From: an uncultured virus (IMG/VR IMGVR_UViG_3300032220_001739)
Taxonomy: Duplodnaviria > Heunggongvirae > Uroviricota > Caudoviricetes
Direction: 5' to 3' (one strand)
Length of the DNA stretch: 57,495 bases
IMG/VR virus record: IMGVR_UViG_3300032220_001739
Within the stretch, counting starts at the first letter, position 1. Each line of letters opens with the position of its first letter. The position numbers and the translations under genes are program-made. The notes below the pieces were generated by a model that saw only the letters and a list, made by a program, of their open reading frames with translations, did not search any database and was not told where the DNA came from. Of the stretch, positions 1 to 9,636 are shown piece by piece.

Positions 1-336
1 TTCGATTCGACACCAAGTCCAATTAGTACGTCCCAAGGCCCATTTCCGTCTGCACCTATCGTTAACTTCACAACAGCAACCGGTGCAACCTCAGGTGTTA
101 CTATTTCTGCAGGTGGAACTGTTTATTTTATTGATGCATCTGTTCAAAGTCCTTCCGCATATAGACCACTTGGATGGATTTGGAATTTTGGTGCAACAGC
201 ATCTCCCACAGGATCTACAGATAGAAAGCAGATAGTTACATACGGAGCTACTGGAGTATATAGCGTTACCCTTACTGCATATAATGCAGGCGGGACTGGA
301 TCCAAAACAAAATCTACATTTGTAACTGTAACATAA
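1..336 (+). CDS. 5'-truncated virion protein ending in a PKD (Ig-like) domain
   Basis: My translation of frame 1 is open to TAA at 334-336: ...PIVNFT...TVYFIDAS...GWIWNFG...VTYGATGVYSVTLTAYNAGG...FVTVT. This matches the PKD pattern WxWxFG...TY..G.Y.VTLT..N..G. Not in the supplied ORF track. Confidence 0.8.
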   Translation, partial: FDSTPSPISTSQGPFPSAPIVNFTTATGATSGVTISAGGTVYFIDASVQSPSAYRPLGWIWNFGATASPTGSTDRKQIVTYGATGVYSVTLTAYNAGGTGSKTKSTFVTVT

Positions 337-337
337 T

Positions 338-1087
338 ATGAGCGGATTTTTAGAAAAATACAACACCGATGAGGTATTCTTAAGAAACCTAATCATATCT
401 TTTATTAGATCCCTGAATGATAAGCTAACTTATATACAGGTAAACGATCAGCAGCAAATACTGGAGGTTTTCGTCCCCTTCTTTTATTCAATGACAGGAG
501 ACGAGAGCTTTCTGCAAGACTTCTTTATAGAATATAAAAACTGCCTTACGGACGAACCCCACGCGGAGGGTAACTATGATGTGGTTCCAAGAGGAATAGT
601 TAAAATGACAGCTAGCAACATAGATGTAGCTGGTATAATGAATCCCAATGTTAGGATGTCATATACCATAGAAGATCTAGACGGTAACATGAAAACATTA
701 TCTGCTTACACCAAGCCGGTTCCCCTTACCATTTCTTTTGATATTAGCATAATAACCGATACTATGCTAGATGCTTTTAAAATTTACCAGGCTGTAATAA
801 CTACTTTCTATAAGACATATACTTTTGCTTTTGAGTTCCAGGGGTTGAGAATACCAGCTATTGCTGGCTTTCCTGAGCAGATAACAAACGACAAGCAGTT
901 TGAGTTCACATATGGTAGTTCTCAGAAGTTTATAACGAGCCAATTCTCAGTTGAGGTTCAGACGTATTTTCCTGAAAAGGATCTAACAACTGAAAGATTC
1001 AGAGGTAATTTGATGCAGGCAGGGATCAGAGCAGTCCAAAAATTGGACGAAAGAAACGTTGATAGAGGAAATAATAGAATAGTCTAA
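338..1087 (+). CDS. T4 gp15-like tail terminator / sheath stabiliser
   Basis: 249 aa. The motifs VFVPFFY..GDESFL, PRG and PVPLTISFDISI...DAFKIYQAV resemble gp15-family proteins, and the gene lies in the structural region. Confidence 0.6.
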   Translation: MSGFLEKYNTDEVFLRNLIISFIRSLNDKLTYIQVNDQQQILEVFVPFFYSMTGDESFLQDFFIEYKNCLTDEPHAEGNYDVVPRGIVKMTASNIDVAGIMNPNVRMSYTIEDLDGNMKTLSAYTKPVPLTISFDISIITDTMLDAFKIYQAVITTFYKTYTFAFEFQGLRIPAIAGFPEQITNDKQFEFTYGSSQKFITSQFSVEVQTYFPEKDLTTERFRGNLMQAGIRAVQKLDERNVDRGNNRIV

Positions 1088-1134
1088 GGTTCTGTATTAC
1101 CAACACGAATATATAGATAAAATATTCGTGTCTT

Positions 1135-1428
1135 ATGAACAGCTCACAGCTCCCATTTAATCCAGAGGAATTTGCAAATAGGATAATCGACGGTAGTAAT
1201 AGCGAAACCCTCGATCAACTTTATTTTGTGGGTAGCGCTAAATCATACATTAAAAAGATTGACACTGGTAATACATTAACTGTGAAAGCATCTGGTAATT
1301 TCTTTAGTAATGTTGCAGGTCAAGAATTCAGAGACATACTAGACGGCGGAACATCTACACCTGGATCATATCAGTATTATGGTGTGATTGTTGGTGGGGT
1401 ATTCCCAACAGAAAAAAATGGAATATAA
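1135..1428 (+). CDS. hypothetical protein, probably structural
   Basis: 97 aa ORF co-oriented with its neighbours and preceded by the ATATATAG late-type motif. Confidence 0.6.
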   Translation: MNSSQLPFNPEEFANRIIDGSNSETLDQLYFVGSAKSYIKKIDTGNTLTVKASGNFFSNVAGQEFRDILDGGTSTPGSYQYYGVIVGGVFPTEKNGI

Positions 1429-1446
1429 AAAATAACAATATAAAAA

Positions 1447-2541
1447 ATGGCATTTAGAATTCAGATTAGAAGAGACACCTCTGTTAAGTGGGCAGTTAAT
1501 AACCCAGTACTACTTTCAGCAGAGTTAGGTTATGAAACTGACACTGATCTCCTTAAGATCGGAGACGGTACTACCTTATGGAATGACCTTGACTACTGGA
1601 ACGGTAATCTAACTATAGAAGTAAACGGCACACAGGTTATACAAGGAGCTGGTACACTTAATTTTACTGGCGGTGTTGCTGCTAGTGCTACCGGTGGCAG
1701 TGTAACACTCGACTTCTCTGGAATTGGTGGCGTAACAGGACCAACGGGACCTAGTACTAGTATTGGAGTTTTTGATGCTACTACATTTGTAGCAGGTGCA
1801 ACGGGCATACAGTTCACCGGTGGTGGTGTTAGCGTGTCTTCTTCTGGAAACGTTGCTGTTGTTTCAGTGAGTGCATTACAAAACTCACTTTATAACGAGA
1901 CTGTAAGGTATCTAATAGATAACACAACAGCACAGTATTCGGGGTCACCTACAATAGGTGGGAATGACAAGATAACTATATGCTCGTCAGGTAACATCTA
2001 TGCAAATAGATCTTGGACTAGATCTGGAACCACGCTAACCGTAAATTCAACAGCGCATGGTCTTCTAGCTGGGGATGGTGTTGTTATAAGAAACGGTGCT
2101 TCGACTGATAGCTATGATTTTTATATACTACAAACAGCAAGTGCAAATTCATTCACTGTGACTGTTGCTAATTCAGGGGGTACGTCAGGAAGCGGATTGA
2201 CCTACATTCCTAGCTTTTCCGTTACATCGTGGACATCTGGAACATCTATGACCTTATCCTCTCCTACAGTGGGTAATGCGCAACTTCTTTCTGTAACTTC
2301 TTGTACGGTTATGACGGGTACTTCTTTTTATGTCACAATAGACGGTGCGGGAATAAGCAACGGTGCTGGTGTTAATGCATCGGTTAGAACGATGAATCCA
2401 CCAGTTGTTTCTGCGCAAACTACCTCTAATGGTAATGATCTAGGAGCATCGTGTAGACTTGATGTAAATTCGCCATATCAAACATTCGAGGTTCAAAGTT
2501 TAACTGCTTCAGTTGAAAATCTAGTAAAAATGGTATTCTAA
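1447..2541 (+). CDS. tail fibre/spike protein with Mtd-N / phage hyaluronidase-type N-terminal anchor domain
   Basis: The N-terminus RIQIRRDTSVKWAVNNPVLLSAELGYETDTDLLKIGDGTTLWNDLDY is the typical Mtd_N motif, followed by Gly/Thr-rich beta modules. Confidence 0.8.
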   Translation: MAFRIQIRRDTSVKWAVNNPVLLSAELGYETDTDLLKIGDGTTLWNDLDYWNGNLTIEVNGTQVIQGAGTLNFTGGVAASATGGSVTLDFSGIGGVTGPTGPSTSIGVFDATTFVAGATGIQFTGGGVSVSSSGNVAVVSVSALQNSLYNETVRYLIDNTTAQYSGSPTIGGNDKITICSSGNIYANRSWTRSGTTLTVNSTAHGLLAGDGVVIRNGASTDSYDFYILQTASANSFTVTVANSGGTSGSGLTYIPSFSVTSWTSGTSMTLSSPTVGNAQLLSVTSCTVMTGTSFYVTIDGAGISNGAGVNASVRTMNPPVVSAQTTSNGNDLGASCRLDVNSPYQTFEVQSLTASVENLVKMVF

Positions 2542-2547
2542 TAATTA

Positions 2548-4515
2548 ATGCTTGTTGATAACCTATTTAGTGGTGTAGTAGATTTTACCGACGGTAGCTT
2601 AAGCAGCTTAGTTGGTATCACCGGTAGTGCGACCTACGGCTCCAGTGTGATAACTGGTGTTGATAGTACTATTATTGCAGGATTGACCGCGGGTCTTTCT
2701 GTTAGAGCATTACCAGAGGGAATTATAGATCCTTCTACAACTATCGTTTCGTTGGGATCTGGCACGATAGAGCTCTCTGATCCTGTGGGTTATACCGGCT
2801 CTGCTAATTTTTATATAGGGTTAAGTAGCGGTAATTATCTTTTAAACAACGCTTTATTTGTTGACGTTAACAACATCTATAATGTTGGTGATATACCGGA
2901 TTATCAAATAGGTGCTTCCGGTGGATCGGGTATTTCCCCTTTTGCGATTTATACACAGGGAAGATATAACGATCAGAAGAACCTTAAAGCAATATATGAA
3001 AAGTACATAATAACAAAAGTACTTTCCAGAAACGCGGTAACTAATAGATTTAGCGCTATAGTCACTTGGGGATTTGTAGGATCTGCACCATCGAGCGTTA
3101 ATACCGGGCAGACCGTTCTACCTATAGTTCAACTATCCCCCATTAATTTATTGCCACCTATAATAGATTATAGAGCATTTAATTATAAAAATCTTCCCGA
3201 AGGACAACCTTTTAACCAGGAGATATTACAGGTCTTAGATTTTGGCGGAAGTGGTGGTGGATCGCCATTGGGTGTTTATGGAACAGGCGGTAATTTATTA
3301 ACTGCTGGTGCTACGGGGATTCAGTTTCTGGGTGTTGGTGTTTCTGCCGGTGCAAGTGGTGATTATGTTACCGTTGAGATCGGACAGTACACATACCCAA
3401 CTGACCTAACTGTTTCGATACAGCCAGGTAAGACGTTCGGTAGATATGAAAATGGCGATACTATACCAGCAGCCGGAAAAACACCGTCGGAGGTTATAGT
3501 ACTAGCTATTAACGAAGCTATAAATCCAACTGTTAATCTAAATGCAACACCTGCTACAGTTCCTTTCTATACAGCTACACAGAACGTATCTGTTAGCTTT
3601 AGTTATATTATAAATACATTAGGTGGAACTGTTGCTAGTGTTTTATTGAGAAGAAGAAGGGGCAATGGAGCTTGGACTACCCTAACAACCAATGTGAATC
3701 TTACCAGTTACACAGATACGATAACAAATTCGCCACCATCAGACACTACGAATATTCAGTATGAATATACAGTTACCGATGATCAAGGTGCAACAGCAAC
3801 AGCAACTGATACAGTGAGTTACATACCATATGTTGCTCCAAGCATTAGCATATCAGTTACTGCAGCTAATACACCATTAGCTAGTCCAGAAACAAACTCA
3901 ACAAGGGAGATCGGCAATATTAGCAGTAACATAACGGGGACCATTACTGCAAACTCTGCTAATGCAACGCTACAATCCTATCAGATACAATATCAGGTAA
4001 ACGGAACGGGATCCTTTACTACTATTGCATCTGGAGCAATAACATCTTCACCGTTTACCGTGCCTAGTTTTAATCACAATGATGTATCTTTAGTTGGATC
4101 TACTTCCCTAACGTACAATATAGTAGTTACCGACGTTTATACTACAAACACTTCAGCAAATTCAACAGTAAGCTTCTATTATCTTATATTCAATGGACCC
4201 TCGGCCACTGTACCTTCAACTTCGGCAAACGTTAGAGCTTTAAGCAGAGTCTTTGTTACCTCTCCTCCATTTAATCTTCTAACTGGAACCACGTATAGCA
4301 AATTCACTGTGGCTATGCCTTCTACAAAAACACTCGTTCAAGTTCTGGATTTAGATGCTTTGAGTGCTAATATAACAGCGAATTATGTTGCTGGTCTAAA
4401 TACATTTAATGTTAATGATTATGCAGGTAATCCGGTAAGCTATAAAGTATATACAATGACTAATGCAATTCCATATAGTGACGGAAGCCATAGACATAAT
4501 ATAACTTTTAATTAA
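2548..4515 (+). CDS. virion fibre/decoration protein with Ig-like beta domains
   Basis: 655 aa, Thr/Ser-rich. It has a GATGIQFxGxGV module and an Ig-like YEYTVTDDQGATATAT segment. The C-terminal domain (FYYLIFNG...YKVY) resembles those of the next two genes. Confidence 0.65.
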   Translation: MLVDNLFSGVVDFTDGSLSSLVGITGSATYGSSVITGVDSTIIAGLTAGLSVRALPEGIIDPSTTIVSLGSGTIELSDPVGYTGSANFYIGLSSGNYLLNNALFVDVNNIYNVGDIPDYQIGASGGSGISPFAIYTQGRYNDQKNLKAIYEKYIITKVLSRNAVTNRFSAIVTWGFVGSAPSSVNTGQTVLPIVQLSPINLLPPIIDYRAFNYKNLPEGQPFNQEILQVLDFGGSGGGSPLGVYGTGGNLLTAGATGIQFLGVGVSAGASGDYVTVEIGQYTYPTDLTVSIQPGKTFGRYENGDTIPAAGKTPSEVIVLAINEAINPTVNLNATPATVPFYTATQNVSVSFSYIINTLGGTVASVLLRRRRGNGAWTTLTTNVNLTSYTDTITNSPPSDTTNIQYEYTVTDDQGATATATDTVSYIPYVAPSISISVTAANTPLASPETNSTREIGNISSNITGTITANSANATLQSYQIQYQVNGTGSFTTIASGAITSSPFTVPSFNHNDVSLVGSTSLTYNIVVTDVYTTNTSANSTVSFYYLIFNGPSATVPSTSANVRALSRVFVTSPPFNLLTGTTYSKFTVAMPSTKTLVQVLDLDALSANITANYVAGLNTFNVNDYAGNPVSYKVYTMTNAIPYSDGSHRHNITFN

Positions 4516-4530
4516 AGGAGCAGTTAGAGA

Positions 4531-6165
4531 ATGCCACTAAACAACGGATTACAATTACCCTTTGGTATACAACCGGTAAACCCATTACCGGTAGACTCCT
4601 GGTCTGGCCCGTATATAGGTACTAGTGAGGCATTAGCTAAGGCATCTGCAAATACTTCTATACCCGGTCCAATTAGGTTTAGAACTATGGAAGTTAGGCT
4701 TCTCATAGGTCCTTCCGGATCTGAGATTGCTTATAAGTATTGGTATTATGGCGGAACTGCAGATTCGGATCTCGTTCCTTTTCTGATAGGAGCAACTGGA
4801 GCAACCGGAGCACAGGTAGCTATTTACGATTCCTCTGATAATCAGCTAACAGCTGGCGCAACAGGTTTAAAATTTACAGGATCGGGGGTAAGCCTTTCTA
4901 ATACTGGAGATTTTGTTACAGTTACAGTACAGGGATCAACTGGATCAACTGGTCCTTCTACTGCAATTTATAATCAATCAGGTGGTTTAGTTAGCTCTGG
5001 CCCAACGGGACTTCAATTCACGGGTAATGGCGTTAATGTAACAGGCGTCGGAAATTTTGTTACTGTGAACGTAACGGGATCCACTGGAAATACGGGACCT
5101 AGCTTAGGCGTCTATAGTGTAGAAGGAACCCAATTAACTACGGGGGCAACCGGTATAAAATTTATCGGAACAGGAGTTACAGTATATGCATCAGATAATT
5201 TTATAACAGTTGGTATTAGCGGGGGTGGCTTAGTAGAAACGAATGCTCCGGTAACTGGCGATGGATCACCATTCGCTCCGGTTGAGCTTCTTTATACTAA
5301 TGACTTTGGATTAACTTCGGATCAGCTTCAACTTAACCTTGATTTCAGCAACGTAACAACACCTCAGATAAATTCTGTTTGGAATATATGGTCCAATGGA
5401 TCGTGGAACGTTACTCCCCTCCCGACTTATACCATAGCGGGGTATGGTACGATAGGAGGTGTAATGTCAGGTAACTCCATACAGGTTCCTAAAGGTATTA
5501 TATTTGATTTTGGAGGGACTGCAACAGCTCCGACTCCAGGTTCTGGACAAATAGCACCTACTAATGCAGCTGGTGATTGGACATGGTCTCCAAATCCTCC
5601 GGTGAATGGGCAAACATCTTTCCTACAGTTTACCGATCAGAATTCTGGCAACACTAATACAAACGAGACATATACGGTCACTTTCACTGCACCCAATACG
5701 GGATTGATAGTTCAGAACGGTAGAGTTGTTAGAGCAGCAACTAGTGGTGATCAATCGTCATTTAGCTCTGCATCCGTAACTTTTAAAGATGTATTTTATT
5801 GGGGGTATTCAAGCTACTGGGGCGCAAATCCAGCTTTAGTAGGAAGTGCAGTCACCTCACTTTCTGGCCCAGCAATGTCTGGGATAGTTAATGGATTAAA
5901 TTCACTCCAGTATAGATTCGGTGGAAAAAACCAAACTTTGTCCAGTGTTCAAGATTCTAGCGGTACCAGATTAGTCATGGCTTATCCAACAGCTCTCGGT
6001 AATCTGACATCGGTTAAATATGCTGGTATATTAGAGATTTTGCCAACTTTTATACAGTATCCAACATTTAACTTTTTAACTATATCTGGTGCAACCGTAC
6101 CATATACTGTATATGTTGCTGCTTCCGATAATGCATACGGAAATGTTACAGTTATAACAACATAA
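4531..6165 (+). CDS. virion fibre protein
   Basis: 544 aa with three G(A/P)TG(L/I)(K/Q)FxGxGV modules. The N-terminal module is shared with 9637..14718. Confidence 0.65.
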   Translation: MPLNNGLQLPFGIQPVNPLPVDSWSGPYIGTSEALAKASANTSIPGPIRFRTMEVRLLIGPSGSEIAYKYWYYGGTADSDLVPFLIGATGATGAQVAIYDSSDNQLTAGATGLKFTGSGVSLSNTGDFVTVTVQGSTGSTGPSTAIYNQSGGLVSSGPTGLQFTGNGVNVTGVGNFVTVNVTGSTGNTGPSLGVYSVEGTQLTTGATGIKFIGTGVTVYASDNFITVGISGGGLVETNAPVTGDGSPFAPVELLYTNDFGLTSDQLQLNLDFSNVTTPQINSVWNIWSNGSWNVTPLPTYTIAGYGTIGGVMSGNSIQVPKGIIFDFGGTATAPTPGSGQIAPTNAAGDWTWSPNPPVNGQTSFLQFTDQNSGNTNTNETYTVTFTAPNTGLIVQNGRVVRAATSGDQSSFSSASVTFKDVFYWGYSSYWGANPALVGSAVTSLSGPAMSGIVNGLNSLQYRFGGKNQTLSSVQDSSGTRLVMAYPTALGNLTSVKYAGILEILPTFIQYPTFNFLTISGATVPYTVYVAASDNAYGNVTVITT

Positions 6166-6195
6166 GCTTTTTAAATCGGGATACATACTTAAGAT

Positions 6196-9100
6196 ATGCC
6201 AGTTTTATTTCCCGATAGGATACAACATAATAACCCCAACTATCCCGTAGTTTATTCTTCGGATGTCAAAGGTGGGTTACAGCAGGTTTCTACGTTTAGC
6301 AACGCTGATCTTAGCGCTACTTTTTCTCAGCAAACCTCTAAGTTTCAGACAGGATCGCTTCTGATTACCCTGGACACTAATGTGGTTTATTTTCTTAGCG
6401 GTAACACATCCGCTGGAAACGACCCGTTGTTCACAACAAGCTGGATACAATTAGCTCAGGGAACAGGTGGAACTGGTGCTACTGGAGCTACCGGTGTAAC
6501 AGGAGCAACCGGACCCGCTGGTGGAACTGGTGCTACTGGAGCTACTGGTGCAGCTGGATCATCTGGTGTTACTGGTGCTACAGGATCATCTGGTGTTACT
6601 GGTGCTACCGGTGCAACCGGAAGCGCTGGAACTACTGGTGCTACTGGTGCTACTGGATCATCTGGATCAACCGGACCCGCTGGTGCAACGGGAGCAACTG
6701 GACCTGCTGGAGCAACAGGTATAATTGGCGGAATCTATGGTCCTACAGGGTTATTAGCGGAGGGAGCTACCGGAATACAATTTTTAGGACCAGGCGTAAC
6801 CTCTGGAGTAGAAGGCTCTTTTGTAAAAGTTTACATATCTGGTGGAATCACAGGTCCGACTGGAGCTACTGGTGGCCTTGGACCTACTGGAGCTACTGGT
6901 ACTTATGGTCCCACCGGAGCGACAGGAGCTACAGGATTAGACGGCGACAGATATTCAACGCAGACAACTGCTCCTGTAACTATACAGCCATCAGGGCCTA
7001 TATCATTTACAGTAGGCTCAGGATTAGCTTACATAATAAATCAAGCAGTAATTATTTCGGTTAGCGCTGGAAATTACATGCAGGGTTTAGTTTCTAGCTA
7101 CGATAGCACTACCGGTGCTATGACTGTTAATGTTACCAGTAGTACAGGGTCTGGTACGGGGACAGGACTTGTTAACTTGGATGGAGCTGCTGGTGGTGAC
7201 GGTACATCTGGTACTTCCGGTACCTCCGGAACTAGTGGGACTTCTGGAACTAGTGGATCGTCCGGAACATCTGGTACTACTGGAACCTCTGGAACATCTG
7301 GCACATCCGGATCCTCCGGAACATCTGGCACATCCGGTACTTCAGGATCGTCTGGTACATCCGGATCTTCAGGAACAAATGGTACTTCTGGAACAACCGG
7401 TACATCTGGATCATCCGGAACTAGCGGAATTGATGGGATATCTGGTACATCGGGATCTTCCGGAACAACTGGTACCTCTGGAACCTCTGGATCCTCTGGG
7501 ACTAGAGGAACATCAGGAACCTCTGGTACTTCAGGGTCATCCGGTACCTCTGGGTCTTCAGGAACAAATGGTACATCCGGTACAACAGGAACATCGGGCT
7601 CGTCTGGTACATCTGGAACTTCTGGATCTAGTGGAACAAGTGGAACCTCAGGTACATCAGGATCTTCCGGAACAACTGGAACGTCAGGAACTTCCGGTAC
7701 ATCGGGAACCTCCGGTACATCTGGTTCGTCTGGTACATCTGGGACTTCTGGCTCTAGTGGAACGAGTGGAACTTCTGGATCAAGCGGTACGTCTGGTTCT
7801 AGCGGAACAAGCGGAATCAATGGTGACAGATATTTTACTTTAACAACGGGATCTATAACCGTACCTTCCTCTGGTAATATTAATTTTACAGTAGCTCCTG
7901 GACTTGCCTATAGTATAAATCAGTTGGTGTTAATTTCAGTTAGCTATGGTAATTATCTTCAAGGAAGTGTAGTTTCGTACAATCCTGCAAACGGAGACAT
8001 GACTGTCAATGTCAGCACCAGCACAGGTGGACCTTCAACCGGGATAGCGACTGTTAATCTTGATGGTGCTGCAGGAGGTGATGGAACTTCAGGAACATCT
8101 GGATCATCTGGAACTTCAGGAACATCAGGTACATCTGGGATATCTGGATCCTCTGGAACCTCCGGTACTTCGGGATCGTCTGGAACTTCGGGATCATCCG
8201 GAACATCTGGGTCAAACGGCACCTCTGGAACTAGCGGTATAGACGGGATATCAGGAACATCTGGATCATCTGGAACTTCAGGATCTTCTGGAACCTCTGG
8301 AACCTCTGGAACCTCTGGATCATCTGGTACATCGGGAACGAGTGGTTCGTCTGGAACATCCGGGTCTTCTGGTACAAGTGGTACATCAGGATCGTCAGGT
8401 ACAAGTGGGGTTAGTTTATCAGTTTATGGAACTAGTGGGAATCTTCTAACAGCTGGCGCAACTGGAATACAATTTACTGGTCCTGGTATTTCTTCAGTCA
8501 CTGCAAGTGGAAATTTCGTAACAGTCAATGTTACAGGTGGGAGCGGAGGTAACACTGCTAATTTTGATTTCCTGCCTAATGCTGGTTTAGCTTGGCTTAA
8601 TGGAACCACCGGTGGAACAGCATATACCATTTATAACAATAATCTTGATCCTACCCTTACCACATCGTGCACTGTTGGTGGTCTTCCCGCTGGGACTACT
8701 GCTGGTATACTTAGTACGTGCACACTAGTTCAGCTCTTTAATAGAATATTATTCCCTACAGTTTTGCCAACCTATACAATTCCTACTATATCGCAATCCT
8801 CTACCGAATCCGGCATAAAAGAGGTTGGTTCATCTATGTCTCAGACTGTATCTGTGACTGGTGTAAATAATGACGCTGCAGCATACACTTGCATGAGAGT
8901 TTGTAGAAATGTTAATAGTGCGGGATATTCACTATTGGGATCCGCTAATACATTCACGCAGACTTTATTATCACCGCTTCCTGCACAATTTGGATACCCT
9001 AACAACAACACACCAAATTGTTCCTATGCATATTCATATCCGGAGGGATCTATAACAGTTTGCTCACCGTCTGGTTCCAATCTTTGCTCTACACTTGTTT

Positions 9101-9609
9101 ATTGCGCAGATGGCGATTATAATGCAGGGACCGCATTAAAAGACAATTACGGTATTTTCGACACTAGAACTCCAGCTGTTAGACAATCTAGTGCACCACA
9201 GGCAGCTTCTAATGGTTTCGCTACATCGGCAACCACAGTTTGTGGATTTTATCCTTTCTTCTATGGTTGTTCATCCACTCAACTGACAGCTAGCCAAATA
9301 CAATCTTGTATAAATGCTGGTATCTATCAATGTAAATGTGTGGCCACTGCAGCGGGATCTATATTAATGAATTTTAATATAACCGGATGTTGGACTTGGT
9401 TTGCAACATATGCATGTAATGCTACAAAAACAACTTGGTCTGAAGTAGGCAATCCACTTAACACCGGAAACATAGGTTCGCCTACGGATTTATTTGCATC
9501 GCCTACAACTTTGCCATGTAATTCTAACGTCTCGTATTGGTCAAGTGTTAACTTTAAGATCTATCCATCTAATAAAGTAACAACGATAAATACAGCATCT
9601 ATATCATAA
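6196..9609 (+). CDS. collagen-like (Gly-X-Y) fibre protein with GAT and GTS/GSS repeats and a Cys-rich C-terminal domain
   Basis: 1137 aa. Uninterrupted Gly-every-third-residue tracts (GATGAT..., GTSGSS...) are separated by two copies of a ~85 aa beta domain. Confidence 0.8.
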   Translation: MPVLFPDRIQHNNPNYPVVYSSDVKGGLQQVSTFSNADLSATFSQQTSKFQTGSLLITLDTNVVYFLSGNTSAGNDPLFTTSWIQLAQGTGGTGATGATGVTGATGPAGGTGATGATGAAGSSGVTGATGSSGVTGATGATGSAGTTGATGATGSSGSTGPAGATGATGPAGATGIIGGIYGPTGLLAEGATGIQFLGPGVTSGVEGSFVKVYISGGITGPTGATGGLGPTGATGTYGPTGATGATGLDGDRYSTQTTAPVTIQPSGPISFTVGSGLAYIINQAVIISVSAGNYMQGLVSSYDSTTGAMTVNVTSSTGSGTGTGLVNLDGAAGGDGTSGTSGTSGTSGTSGTSGSSGTSGTTGTSGTSGTSGSSGTSGTSGTSGSSGTSGSSGTNGTSGTTGTSGSSGTSGIDGISGTSGSSGTTGTSGTSGSSGTRGTSGTSGTSGSSGTSGSSGTNGTSGTTGTSGSSGTSGTSGSSGTSGTSGTSGSSGTTGTSGTSGTSGTSGTSGSSGTSGTSGSSGTSGTSGSSGTSGSSGTSGINGDRYFTLTTGSITVPSSGNINFTVAPGLAYSINQLVLISVSYGNYLQGSVVSYNPANGDMTVNVSTSTGGPSTGIATVNLDGAAGGDGTSGTSGSSGTSGTSGTSGISGSSGTSGTSGSSGTSGSSGTSGSNGTSGTSGIDGISGTSGSSGTSGSSGTSGTSGTSGSSGTSGTSGSSGTSGSSGTSGTSGSSGTSGVSLSVYGTSGNLLTAGATGIQFTGPGISSVTASGNFVTVNVTGGSGGNTANFDFLPNAGLAWLNGTTGGTAYTIYNNNLDPTLTTSCTVGGLPAGTTAGILSTCTLVQLFNRILFPTVLPTYTIPTISQSSTESGIKEVGSSMSQTVSVTGVNNDAAAYTCMRVCRNVNSAGYSLLGSANTFTQTLLSPLPAQFGYPNNNTPNCSYAYSYPEGSITVCSPSGSNLCSTLVYCADGDYNAGTALKDNYGIFDTRTPAVRQSSAPQAASNGFATSATTVCGFYPFFYGCSSTQLTASQIQSCINAGIYQCKCVATAAGSILMNFNITGCWTWFATYACNATKTTWSEVGNPLNTGNIGSPTDLFASPTTLPCNSNVSYWSSVNFKIYPSNKVTTINTASIS
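7198..8409 (+). repeat. 9-bp-period degenerate coding repeats (GGN ACN TCN / GGN TCN TCN), two tracts
   Basis: Directly visible ggtacatct/ggaacttct/ggatcttcc units, interrupted by one beta-domain copy at about 7825-8080. Confidence 0.9.
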
Positions 9610-9636
9610 TAAAAGAAAGAGCAGAAGAGTTAAGAA

